DNA of 44,742 nt from a phage: sequence record PX974237.1. One strand, 5' to 3'. Below, piece after piece: positions 24,288 to 33,074 of this stretch; position 1 is the stretch's first letter, and each line of letters opens with the position of its first letter. The position numbers and the translations under genes are program-made. The notes beneath the pieces were generated by a model, which searched no databases, was not told the DNA's origin, and saw nothing but the letters and a program-made list of their open reading frames with translations.

Positions 24288-24646
24288 TGAGCACCGCTTT
24301 CAGTAAACGTATGCAAGGCGTGGGTACACGCCTGCTAACCAAATTCGGCAGCACGGTATCTCTGGTTCGTGCTGGCTCGAAAGTGTGGGATGAAGTTCTC
24401 GGTGAGTACGTCTGGTCTGCGGATGAAGTGTTGCCGTTGAAAGCGGTTCCGGTTCCGGTTAATGCTGGACTGGTAAACGGTTCGACGATTCAGGCGGCCG
24501 ACATGATTGTTAAAGCCGATTACAGCGTCGTTCCGAAGATGGAAGACAAGGTTCAGTTTAGCGGCGCGCAATGGTCTATCGTAGCTATCGAGACGAAGAT
24601 GGTTAACGATGATGTCGTGGCATATTTTATTCAGGTGAGAAAATGA
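24287..24646 (+). CDS. Neck or tail-completion protein (putative)
   Basis: ATG 24287 overlapping upstream stop; 119 aa. Confidence 0.45.
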   Translation: MSTAFSKRMQGVGTRLLTKFGSTVSLVRAGSKVWDEVLGEYVWSADEVLPLKAVPVPVNAGLVNGSTIQAADMIVKADYSVVPKMEDKVQFSGAQWSIVAIETKMVNDDVVAYFIQVRK

Positions 24647-25038
24647 GTTTCGCGCTTGATGTCTCTAAGTTCGTGGAAAAGGCGAAGAAGAACCCTGAGA
24701 AGGTGATGCGTCAGGTGTCTATCAAGCTGTTTTCCGCTATTATAAAGGCGAGTCCGGTAGATACTGGTCGGTTTCGCATGAACTGGATGGCATCTGGCGG
24801 TACTCCTGCTTCCGGGATTACGGATGCTACGGATAAATCAGGAAACACAGCAACCGGAAACGCTACAAGTTTCGTGCTGAAAGCCGCTGACTGGCATGAG
24901 TTCACGCTGACAAATAACCTGCCGTATGCACAACGGCTGGAGTATGGCTGGTCGCAACAGGCCCCGCAAGGATTCGTCAGGACTAACGTGTCCCGCTTCC
25001 AGCAACTCATTAACGAAGAAGCTAGCAAGGTGAGATGA
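24643..25038 (+). CDS. Neck or tail-completion protein (HK97 gp10-like, putative)
   Basis: 131 aa; position and size; coupled start. Confidence 0.4.
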   Translation: MSFALDVSKFVEKAKKNPEKVMRQVSIKLFSAIIKASPVDTGRFRMNWMASGGTPASGITDATDKSGNTATGNATSFVLKAADWHEFTLTNNLPYAQRLEYGWSQQAPQGFVRTNVSRFQQLINEEASKVR

Positions 25039-25451
25039 TGGGCTACTTTGAGGACTTAACAAAAGCGTTTGATGTGCCGCTGGTAGCCTTCGGAACCACC
25101 AACGGCATCAAGGTAGCGCTTGAAAACATCGACGCGCCGACGTCAACAGATACGCCGTATCTGGCAAGTTACATGTTGCTGGCGGATACCGAGCAGGCTG
25201 ACTTATTCTTCACGGAACAACGCGCTGGCGTCTATCAGGTAGATATTAACTACGCATCGGTGAAAGGTAGCGCGCCGATCAATAAAATGGCAGACTTACT
25301 TAACACGGCGTTTAAAGCAGGTAAGTCATTTTCACGTAACGACATCTGCGCCGAGGTTCAATCGGTTAGCCTGGGGCCGCTGATTGTAGAAAACGGATGG
25401 GCCAAACGACCATTGTCAATTAACTTTATTGCATTCACCAAGAGGCTGTGA
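25035..25451 (+). CDS. Tail terminator or completion protein (putative)
   Basis: 138 aa; immediately upstream of the tail tube gene. Confidence 0.4.
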   Translation: MMGYFEDLTKAFDVPLVAFGTTNGIKVALENIDAPTSTDTPYLASYMLLADTEQADLFFTEQRAGVYQVDINYASVKGSAPINKMADLLNTAFKAGKSFSRNDICAEVQSVSLGPLIVENGWAKRPLSINFIAFTKRL

Positions 25452-25453
25452 AT

Positions 25454-26620
25454 ATGGCTACAACTCCTTTTAAGGGCGCGAATACCGCGCAATTCTATGT
25501 GGCGGAAGTGACCCCGGGCGTAACACCGGCTAACCCGGTATGGTCGCCGTTGCGCAACACGGGCGGCGTTCCTGCCATTACCCGCGACACGCTGACCTCC
25601 AACGAACTTGACGGCAGCCGAGAAACCACATCCATCCGCACCGGTAACAAGCAGGTTAGCGGAGAATACGCTATTGAGCTTAGCTCTAAAAGTCAGGACG
25701 ACTGGTTAGCCGGGGCTTTAGGCTCTACGTGGCAATCCGGCGTTTCCCTGTCAGGGCTATCGATTACCGTCGCACCGGCTGGCAAGACGTTCACTCGTGC
25801 CACCGGCAGCTTTATCACTGACGGAGTTGAGGTAGGCGACCTGATTGCGTTTACCAACTTAACAGGCGATAACGCAAAACCATTTATCGTTACTGCAGTA
25901 ACGGCTACGGTTGTTACTGGTGCTGGTATCCAACACACCCTGACCACAGAGACAAAAACTAGTAAGGCTAAAACTGGCGACACGCTGGAAACCGGTAACA
26001 CGTGTAAGACGTTCTCTATCCTTACCTGGTACAAAGGCCAGTGCGGCGGCACTGACGCGTACACGTTAACCAAAGGCGTGGAAGTTTCTGGTTTTACCAT
26101 CGAACAGGCTGTTAACGCGATGGTAACTGGCAGCTTCCCATTCATCGGTCGCAGTCAGGAGATTCTCACTACGCCGCCGACCGGTTCCAACTTCTCATCT
26201 GTTACTTTTGGTGATGAGCCGTTCTCTTCGGTTGACGTTTCCGTGTTCGACGGCTCTACGCCGTTGCGTTGCGACAGTCTGACTATCACCAACGATAACA
26301 GCGCGTCCGCGCAGTTCGAACTTGGTAACACTAACGTAGCGTTTGTGGAGCGTGGACGCGCAGCTAACACATTCTCTATCTCTGGCAAGCTGTACGACAT
26401 GGCGATGATTCAGAAGTTTATCAACGAGCAGCAGGTAGAGATTAACTCTATTCTGGCAGGGGTAAACGGGGCTATGTCTTTCAGTTTGAAACGTGCAGAG
26501 CTTACGGCGGTTACACCTGAGATTGGTGGGCCTGAGTCAATCACTCAGTCCATTGAAGGCCAGGCTACCGGCAATCAGTACCAGTCGTCTATCGTAATTC
26601 AACGTATCACCTACGCATAA
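25454..26620 (+). CDS. Major tail (tube) protein
   Basis: About 388 aa; Thr/Ser/Gly-rich, positioned before tail chaperones and tape measure; followed by a strong terminator. Confidence 0.6.
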   Translation: MATTPFKGANTAQFYVAEVTPGVTPANPVWSPLRNTGGVPAITRDTLTSNELDGSRETTSIRTGNKQVSGEYAIELSSKSQDDWLAGALGSTWQSGVSLSGLSITVAPAGKTFTRATGSFITDGVEVGDLIAFTNLTGDNAKPFIVTAVTATVVTGAGIQHTLTTETKTSKAKTGDTLETGNTCKTFSILTWYKGQCGGTDAYTLTKGVEVSGFTIEQAVNAMVTGSFPFIGRSQEILTTPPTGSNFSSVTFGDEPFSSVDVSVFDGSTPLRCDSLTITNDNSASAQFELGNTNVAFVERGRAANTFSISGKLYDMAMIQKFINEQQVEINSILAGVNGAMSFSLKRAELTAVTPEIGGPESITQSIEGQATGNQYQSSIVIQRITYA

Positions 26621-26624
26621 AACT

Positions 26625-26650
26625 AAGGCCCCTTTCGGGGCCTTTTTCTT
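26625..26650. terminator. Bidirectional rho-independent terminator (tail tube + / kinase -)
   Basis: aaggcccc-tttc-ggggcctt followed by TTTTCTT. Confidence 0.7.
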
Positions 26651-27203
26651 ACAAACCTAATTTTAAAGCAATGTCTATAACGTTCGATTTAACGTCACCC
26701 GGTATGATGTAGGTGTCGTAATCTTTTACACCACCAACATCGTACAGATAGCCACGGCTATCGCCGATGAACGTATAGCCGTCACGATGGAGGCGGACGA
26801 TTCGCACGTCATGCCCCGCGGCGACGATAGGGGCAACTTCACTGGCGAATCCACCGTCGGACACTACAAAAACTTCGTCGCCGTCAGGCAAGTTTTCAGC
26901 AAGATACTTACCGAAATAATCATCGCCGAATACCGGTTTAATGAATTGCTCAGAAATGGCAATCATTAACCGGCGGCGGGACAACCCATTAAGAAAACCC
27001 TCGGGTTTTTCTTTCCGCGCCCGGTCGTCGTAGCCGTCGAGAAATTCGTGGTAAGCATCCTGGCCTAACGCTGCCAAAGCAATATTGAACATTGGATTCT
27101 TGAAACTGGTAGTTCCTTTCGCAAAGCCCATTTCTACCAGCGCCATAGCAAGCGTGTCTTTCCCGCAACCCGCAGGGCCATTAAGAATAATTACCTTAGC
27201 CAT
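26649..27203 (-). CDS. P-loop nucleotide kinase (dNMP-kinase-like; possibly polynucleotide 5'-kinase)
   Basis: 184 aa; Walker A GPAGCGKDT and RRLM segment as recalled from T4 gp1 dNMP kinase. Confidence 0.6.
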   Translation of the reverse strand: MAKVIILNGPAGCGKDTLAMALVEMGFAKGTTSFKNPMFNIALAALGQDAYHEFLDGYDDRARKEKPEGFLNGLSRRRLMIAISEQFIKPVFGDDYFGKYLAENLPDGDEVFVVSDGGFASEVAPIVAAGHDVRIVRLHRDGYTFIGDSRGYLYDVGGVKDYDTYIIPGDVKSNVIDIALKLGL

Positions 27204-27691
27204 TATTTATCGCTCCCGTGTGGTTTTAAGTGTGTAGAGTTCCCGTTACAGTCGTATTCGGTAACTGCGTGTACGGTTATGCCGAGGTCACGGAAATGCT
27301 TTATTACCGCTGGAGAGTCGTCGAACGCACACAAGATTCTTTCCAGTCCGAAAGCACGCAACACCTCTTCTTTAATTACGATGTCTTTTCTGTTGTCGTG
27401 TTTGCTGCGCATGATTAGCGTGTCAAACCTAACGTTATTCTCTCGTAACCATTCGCGAGTCTCCTCCTCAGCGTCATCACTTCGCCCGGTAAGGATAATT
27501 ATAGTAAGTCCGGAATGCCACAGTACGCTACACAAATGGATATTGTCGTATATCGGAGCGTCATCTTTGCAGGCCATGTTAAATGGCTTCCACGCCCACG
27601 TTTCTCCGTAGTTATCTTTTGGTAACAGGTGTAAGCGATGGGTACCGTCAGCCAATGTCCCGTCTAAATCGAAAATTACAATATCTTTCAT
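27203..27691 (-). CDS. HAD-superfamily phosphatase resembling the 3'-phosphatase domain of polynucleotide kinase-phosphatase
   Basis: 162 aa; VIFDLDGTLA motif I, IILTGR motif II, DNRKDIVIKEEV...FDDSPAV motif III/IV, closely resembling my recollection of the T4 PseT phosphatase domain. Confidence 0.65.
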   Translation of the reverse strand: MKDIVIFDLDGTLADGTHRLHLLPKDNYGETWAWKPFNMACKDDAPIYDNIHLCSVLWHSGLTIIILTGRSDDAEEETREWLRENNVRFDTLIMRSKHDNRKDIVIKEEVLRAFGLERILCAFDDSPAVIKHFRDLGITVHAVTEYDCNGNSTHLKPHGSDK

Positions 27692-28818
27692 CCCAGCATC
27701 TCCGGTGAAATAGTTAAACGTGCGACCTCGCCATATTCGGCGCTATAAGTAATTACATTTGCACTGCGGCCCGACATCCATCCGCCGCGAGAGGCGTAGG
27801 CGTCTTTAGCCGCTAAGGTGCGGTGTTGCTCAACAATCATGTTACGGCTTTCTACAATCTTCTGGTGGTGCAGATGGCCTACGTGGGCGTAGCTGTAAAC
27901 ACTCTCGCCGAACGCTTTACGGAACTTGGCAATCATAACCGGTTCGATAGCGTCGAATCGTGCTTTATGCCCGTGATGGAAGAACAGCGTCGTTTTGCCG
28001 TGTTGCACCATCTTGTAAACATCCGGCGACGTATCAACAATCACTCGGCTGTCGTTTGAGTATAAAACCGTGAACATTTCAGCAAGCCATACGGAGCCAA
28101 CAGGGTCGTGGTTACCTTGAACGATTAAAAGTTTTACTGTGTGATGCTTAACCAGCGCCATATCAACAACACGGCGGACCATACGAATCATGTAACGTAC
28201 CAGTTTCTGATAGCGAGTATCCGCATCTAATACATGGCGCGACTCGGGGGTAACGGCATCAAGACTATCGAAGTGTGCGAAGTCCCCAAGCAGGTTAATA
28301 ACTCCTGTTCCTGCATCCGGTGCTTTCTGAAACGCCGCGTCGAACCACCGAGAGAACAGGTCTTCTGCAATCTTCATGTCCCAGTCGTCGCCGCTCTCAT
28401 CGGCCCATGCCAGCATACCGAGATGGAAATCAGATACAGTGTAAAGATTGAGTAGCTTGTCGTCACGTTTGGCGCGCGCCGCTTTAACAGGCGCAACGGG
28501 CGTAATCTCTGACTTCATGCCCTCTATTACGGCTTTCATCAATTCAACCTGACGTTCGGCGTCGGTATCAGTCTTAACCCATTGCAACTTAGTGTTGCCG
28601 AACTCGTCCACAAGTGACGACGTTCCTTTAATCTTGTAACCGTCTGGTACAAGGTGACTAACGTCGCGCCCGTGGCCTACGCCTTTCTTAGCCAGCTTCG
28701 CTTTACGGATACGAATAACGCGGTCTGAGATGCCGTATTTACGGGCGATATCTACATTCTTCATACCGGCGTTCAATTCTTCCTGCAACTGTTCGTCGGT
28801 TATTTTCTTCCGGGCCAT
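27688..28818 (-). CDS. Calcineurin-like metallophosphoesterase with N-terminal HTH domain
   Basis: 376 aa; phosphoesterase motifs DFH, GDFAHFD, GNHD, HHGH, GHLHH; N-terminal 50 aa KNVDIARKYGISDRVIRIRKAK looks like an HTH. Confidence 0.7.
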   Translation of the reverse strand: MARKKITDEQLQEELNAGMKNVDIARKYGISDRVIRIRKAKLAKKGVGHGRDVSHLVPDGYKIKGTSSLVDEFGNTKLQWVKTDTDAERQVELMKAVIEGMKSEITPVAPVKAARAKRDDKLLNLYTVSDFHLGMLAWADESGDDWDMKIAEDLFSRWFDAAFQKAPDAGTGVINLLGDFAHFDSLDAVTPESRHVLDADTRYQKLVRYMIRMVRRVVDMALVKHHTVKLLIVQGNHDPVGSVWLAEMFTVLYSNDSRVIVDTSPDVYKMVQHGKTTLFFHHGHKARFDAIEPVMIAKFRKAFGESVYSYAHVGHLHHQKIVESRNMIVEQHRTLAAKDAYASRGGWMSGRSANVITYSAEYGEVARLTISPEMLG

Positions 28819-28855
28819 GTTTATTCCTCGTGCTTAGGATTTGTCCTATACTAGC

Positions 28856-29047
28856 TCACTTCTCTTTGACATTCGAGTTGCAAGCCCAGATTAAAATAAA
28901 TACCCACGGCAGCAGAACCCATCCAAGAAACAGATTAGCCATGAATATCGCTAATTTCGCTTTATGGTCGCGCATATGCGCCACGAGAAATGGAATAAAA
29001 TAAACTAAAACGATAATGATTAAGAAGAACATAGTAATACCCGTCAT
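28856..29047 (-). CDS. Superinfection-immunity-like small membrane protein (Imm_superinfect-like)
   Basis: Start at internal ATG 29047 with AGGAG RBS; 63 aa with two TM helices; YFIPFLVAHMRDHKAKLAIFMANLFLGWVLLPWVFILIWA matches the Imm_superinfect pattern. Confidence 0.55.
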   Translation of the reverse strand: MTGITMFFLIIIVLVYFIPFLVAHMRDHKAKLAIFMANLFLGWVLLPWVFILIWACNSNVKEK

Positions 29048-29088
29048 GGTGTAGCTCCTGTTTGGGATAACATCGTTGGTGTAAGTGA

Positions 29089-29117
29089 ATAGTACACTAT
29101 TATATTGGGGTGTGCAA
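29089..29117 (-). promoter_or_regulatory. Early-family promoter (TTGCAC-17-TACTAT) driving the imm / phosphoesterase / phosphatase / kinase cassette
   Basis: Minus-strand -35 at 29117-29112, -10 at 29094-29089; spacer accccaatataatagtg nearly identical to 7504-7532 and 19051-19079. Confidence 0.55.
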
Positions 29118-29224
29118 GTAATGTGATAGAATAATTTTGCGCCTAGTGTCGCACACGAAAAGCGGGTGGTTCCCGTCTGGCGCATTAACCTTAACCCGTA
29201 ACCTCTTAACCAAAGGATTAAAGA

Positions 29225-29641
29225 ATGAAACTTTCTGATTTTTATTACGAAGCTGAGGCAGAAAAAGGCGCCCGTATGCCGATCCCACTGAAAGACGGCA
29301 CCGATTCAGGGGAGTGGCTGAACGTTGTTTCACCGGAGGCAGACGTTGCGGTTAAAGCCATGCGTGCATTTACCCTGGCGTACCGCGCGTCGTTAGGTAA
29401 ACTGAAGCCGCTTCGTGATAAATGCGAGGAACTGAAAGATTTCTCGGAATATAACATTAAGATGGAAGACGCCGCGACGGACCTTAACCGCCAGTTAGCA
29501 CTTGAACTGGTTAACGGTTGGAGTCTCGACGATGAATTTAATAAAGAGAACCTGAATACTCTTTTTTCACAATATAAACGCCTCGCTGAACACGTTGTTG
29601 TTTTCCACAACGAACAGCTTCACCAATTGCAGGAAAAGTAG
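29225..29641 (+). CDS. Tail assembly chaperone (lambda G-like)
   Basis: 138 aa acidic protein immediately upstream of tape measure; downstream ORF in the -1 frame overlaps its 3' end. Confidence 0.55.
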   Translation: MKLSDFYYEAEAEKGARMPIPLKDGTDSGEWLNVVSPEADVAVKAMRAFTLAYRASLGKLKPLRDKCEELKDFSEYNIKMEDAATDLNRQLALELVNGWSLDDEFNKENLNTLFSQYKRLAEHVVVFHNEQLHQLQEK

Positions 29642-29646
29642 ACGCG

Positions 29647-30006
29647 TTGCTCCAGTTTGCCCGTTGGAACTTCATAACTCGCCACAAACGGCGGGAGTTT
29701 GACAGTATCTCCGACGGGCATAAAGCCGCGCTAATTGCTATGGGGGTTATGCAAGACGCGCCGGAAGCAACGCAGGACACCGGGCCAGAATGCCCCCCTG
29801 AGCTATTAACCACCTTCGAGAAGTACAGGGAAATCAAATTCACCCGCCGAGTGGACGATGATGGCATCAAGATGTATCCGCGTGAACAGTTAAGATGGTC
29901 GGATTTAGTGGCATATAGCACCGTTTCAGGCCAGAATATAGGCATGTTTGAATCTGACATCATCATGAGCTTAGACGCTATTTTCGAGGGTAGAAACGAT
30001 GGCTGA
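29647..30006 (+). CDS. Tail assembly chaperone extension (lambda T-like), probably made as G-T fusion by -1 frameshift
   Basis: -1 frame relative to 29225..29641 is open from 29590; candidate slippery heptamer G_GAA_AAG at 29632-29638; no convincing independent RBS (track start is TTG). Confidence 0.4.
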   Translation: MLQFARWNFITRHKRREFDSISDGHKAALIAMGVMQDAPEATQDTGPECPPELLTTFEKYREIKFTRRVDDDGIKMYPREQLRWSDLVAYSTVSGQNIGMFESDIIMSLDAIFEGRNDG

Positions 30007-32338
30007 TGTAGCTAGTTTAGTTGTAAAAGTATCAGAGCAAGGCGCGAAAGCTACATCAGACCGTCTTGATAACCTTTCCAAGTCTGCAAAGGTAGCCGGA
30101 GCTGCGGTAGCGGGCCTCGCTTCCATCGTCGCCGCTACCGCTTACAAGGCCGCACAGGAACTAGTTGACTCACAGCGGCAACTGGACAAGATGTCCGCCA
30201 GTTTGAAGACCTTAACCGGAAGTACCCAAGGTGCTAAACAGGCGCTAAGTATCCTGCAAGATTTTGCACGCGACACCCCATACGGACTGGAGCAGGCGGT
30301 GGAAGGCTTCCGTAAGCTGGTGGCCCTTGGCCTTACCCCATCCGAGGAGGCGTTGCGGTCCTACGGCAATACCGCATCGGCTATGGGTAAGGACCTTAAT
30401 CAGATGATTGAGGCGGTAGCCGACGCCAGTACGTTTGAGTTCGAACGCCTCAAAGAATTCGGCATCAAAGCCAAGCAGAACAAAACCGACGTAGAGTTTA
30501 CGTTCCAGGGAACGACAACCGTAGTTAAGAAAAGCGCTGCCGATATTGAGCAGTATTTACTTAACATTGGTAACGTAAATTTTGCGGGGGCTATGGCTGA
30601 CCAGGCCAACACCCTTAACGGGGCCATCGCCAGTGCCAGCGACTCATGGTCGCAGTTAAAAATGACACTGGCTACCAGTCTTGATGTTGGTGCGCTCGCC
30701 GAACCTATCCGATACATCGATGATTTAATCCAGGAACTTAACGCACAGGTTGCATCCGGTGAACTTGCCGCAGAGATGCGTATGTGGGGTGACATCGCGT
30801 CGGAAGTAGGAAGCGCAATAGAGATGTCATTCGACGCGGCATTTGGTTTCGTGGGTGATGCGATAAACGGGCTAAATGAGCTTTGGGATTTTAGTAGCAA
30901 AAGTATCACGGATAGCGGCGAACAAACGGCGACAACCATAGCGGAATCAGCCGCCGATGCGCTCGATTTCATCGCGGAAGAATTTACCGCGATGGAGCGC
31001 TTCTTTGAGGATATGGTTAAAGGGGCGCAGGATGCCGGTCGGCTGGTTAAGGCCGCCTTCACACCAGGGGAATCCGTAGACGTAGCAAAAAATATTAACT
31101 TCCAGCTGGGGATGGCACTGGATACTCAGCGCGACGTTGCGGACCTGACACGTAAAAGTTTCCGCGAACAGGTGGAGGCTCAGCAAAATATCGTCGCGCT
31201 TAAACGCGCAGCGTATGACATCGACAAAGAAGCCGCTAAGGAAGAAGGGCTTAGTAAATTTAAGGTAACTGGTACCGGCGGCGGATCTGAAGATGATAGC
31301 GCGGGTGCAAAAGCCGCTAAGAAAGCAGCGGATGCGTTCGAGCGCCAGAAGAAAGCCGCGGAGGATTTCTACTATCAGTCAATTCATCTCAATGATGACG
31401 TATTCCAGAAAATAGAAGCCAACCAGGAACAGCAGTTAACCAAGCTACAGGAGTTTTACGGCAATCAGCTTCTTAGCGACCAGCAGTACGAAAACGCCAA
31501 GACGCAGATTATGCTGGAAGCGGACACTGCTCGCCAGGAGGAACTCGCTAAACGAGAGAAAGAACGGCAGGAAAAGAACCAGAAAGGTGAAGACTTCATG
31601 GCTCAGATTATGGGTCAGAACGCCGCTGAGCTTGAGCTTCTCAACATTCAGGAACAGCAGAAACTGTCGGTAGCAGATAAGTACCGCGAGCAGGGTTTGA
31701 TTAGTGAGAAGCAGTATCAGGCTGCGCTTAATGCCGTCAACGAGCAGTACGCCACGAAGCGTGCCGACGCAACGGCAACGGCCTTCGGTAACATGGCCTC
31801 AAACATCGGTTCGGCTTTGGGCGAGGCTTCTGGCGCGTACAAGGCATTCGCTATCGTGCAGGCCACTATAGCCACGTACACCGCGGCTATTGAGGCGTAT
31901 AAGTCAACAGCGGCTATCCCTGTAGTTGGCCCGTTCCTGGCTCCTGTAGCTGCCGCTGCTGCCGTTGGGGCGGGTATGGCGCAGATTTCCGCTATCAGGT
32001 CCGCACGTGAACAGGGCGGTCAGTTATCCGCTGGGCAGGCTTCTACTATCGCAGAACGCGGTAAACCAGAAGTTATCATGCCCGCTGGTGCGTCACGTGT
32101 ACGCACCGCACAGCAGATGAAAGAAATTATGGGGCAAAACGGCGGCAGTACCGGACCAGCCAATATCAGCATTATAAATAACACCAGTGCACAAATTGGC
32201 AACACCAGCGTTGAACAGGACGAAGAAGGCCGCCTACGTATCATCATCGAAGAACAGGTAGCCGCCTCTTTGCAGAATAGCAACAGCAAAATATCGAAAG
32301 CGAGGAAGGCTACAAGAAACGCACCGGGCTTTAAGTAG
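29999..32338 (+). CDS. Tail tape measure protein
   Basis: 779 aa, Ala/Gln/Glu-rich coiled coil, located after chaperone pair and before tip genes. Confidence 0.8.
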   Translation: MADVASLVVKVSEQGAKATSDRLDNLSKSAKVAGAAVAGLASIVAATAYKAAQELVDSQRQLDKMSASLKTLTGSTQGAKQALSILQDFARDTPYGLEQAVEGFRKLVALGLTPSEEALRSYGNTASAMGKDLNQMIEAVADASTFEFERLKEFGIKAKQNKTDVEFTFQGTTTVVKKSAADIEQYLLNIGNVNFAGAMADQANTLNGAIASASDSWSQLKMTLATSLDVGALAEPIRYIDDLIQELNAQVASGELAAEMRMWGDIASEVGSAIEMSFDAAFGFVGDAINGLNELWDFSSKSITDSGEQTATTIAESAADALDFIAEEFTAMERFFEDMVKGAQDAGRLVKAAFTPGESVDVAKNINFQLGMALDTQRDVADLTRKSFREQVEAQQNIVALKRAAYDIDKEAAKEEGLSKFKVTGTGGGSEDDSAGAKAAKKAADAFERQKKAAEDFYYQSIHLNDDVFQKIEANQEQQLTKLQEFYGNQLLSDQQYENAKTQIMLEADTARQEELAKREKERQEKNQKGEDFMAQIMGQNAAELELLNIQEQQKLSVADKYREQGLISEKQYQAALNAVNEQYATKRADATATAFGNMASNIGSALGEASGAYKAFAIVQATIATYTAAIEAYKSTAAIPVVGPFLAPVAAAAAVGAGMAQISAIRSAREQGGQLSAGQASTIAERGKPEVIMPAGASRVRTAQQMKEIMGQNGGSTGPANISIINNTSAQIGNTSVEQDEEGRLRIIIEEQVAASLQNSNSKISKARKATRNAPGFK

Positions 32339-32352
32339 TAACAAAAAAAAAT

Positions 32353-32376
32353 AAGGCCCGAAAGGGCCTTATTTCT
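32353..32376. terminator. Bidirectional hairpin terminator (strong T run on minus strand)
   Basis: aaggccc-gaaa-gggcctt flanked by A9 upstream and ATTTCT downstream. Confidence 0.55.
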
Positions 32377-32388
32377 CCAGCCTCTGGG

Positions 32389-33039
32389 CTAACGACCCTC
32401 TTTTATCAAGGCGATAACGCGGTCGAACATACCTTCCCTTATCGCCTCTATCTCACATCTTCTTGATTCCGCCACCCTTATCTTTTCAGCAATGTAAGCA
32501 TCTAGCGCTTCTTCCTGAGTTTCAAAACGTCCTAGATTAATAGTTTTTTTATCATAGCTCACTGAGGCTTTAAATTTACCTCTAGATTCTTCATAAAAAA
32601 CACCCGTAGGTGTTCCCCTATTTTTCTTTTCCTTTAGGAAAACATTCAGCCATTTAGGGATGAAGATGCAAGTGGTAGGGCTGTATACCTTATTAATACC
32701 AGAGAATATATCCTTATCTAGCTCCCATCCCTCCACATAATTACAAAGCCACCATCTACGGAAGGACATAAACCTTTGCCACCCATGCCACACAGTTACA
32801 TCCCTGTACGCAGGCCTTTTGTTTTTATACTCGGCGTCCACGCAACGTTGGATCATCCCTCGCCATGTAGCGTACGCCAGACACGTCTCACGGTTGCCGT
32901 TTATCTTGGGGCTAACCACATAATCGGCGTCATTTATGCCAAAATCGCATATAGTTGCACGCTTAGTTTTGCTGCTTTTGTTCGCAGGATAATTCGCACG
33001 CAGCCACATGCTCTTGGCTACTTTTTCGGTTGGCATCAT
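32389..33039 (-). CDS. AP2-domain homing-endonuclease-like protein (HNH motif apparently degenerate)
   Basis: Start placed at ATGATG 33039 with AGGAGA RBS; C-terminal AP2-like GVFYEESRGKFKASVSYDKKTINLGRFETQEEA; AT-rich; the long ORF-track start would overlap the downstream tail gene. Confidence 0.5.
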   Translation of the reverse strand: MMPTEKVAKSMWLRANYPANKSSKTKRATICDFGINDADYVVSPKINGNRETCLAYATWRGMIQRCVDAEYKNKRPAYRDVTVWHGWQRFMSFRRWWLCNYVEGWELDKDIFSGINKVYSPTTCIFIPKWLNVFLKEKKNRGTPTGVFYEESRGKFKASVSYDKKTINLGRFETQEEALDAYIAEKIRVAESRRCEIEAIREGMFDRVIALIKEGR

Positions 33040-33074
33040 GTTAGTATCTCCTAAACTAATAGGAGTATCTTGCC

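Noticed and set aside
26649-28818. RNA or DNA ligase partner for the kinase and phosphatase genes
   Set aside because: No ORF with a ligase lysine-adenylation motif (KxDG) was recognised in the cassette or elsewhere in the genome
30400-31062. 220-aa minus-strand ORF
   Set aside because: Antisense inside the tape measure gene; Ser/Ala-rich, no translation signals
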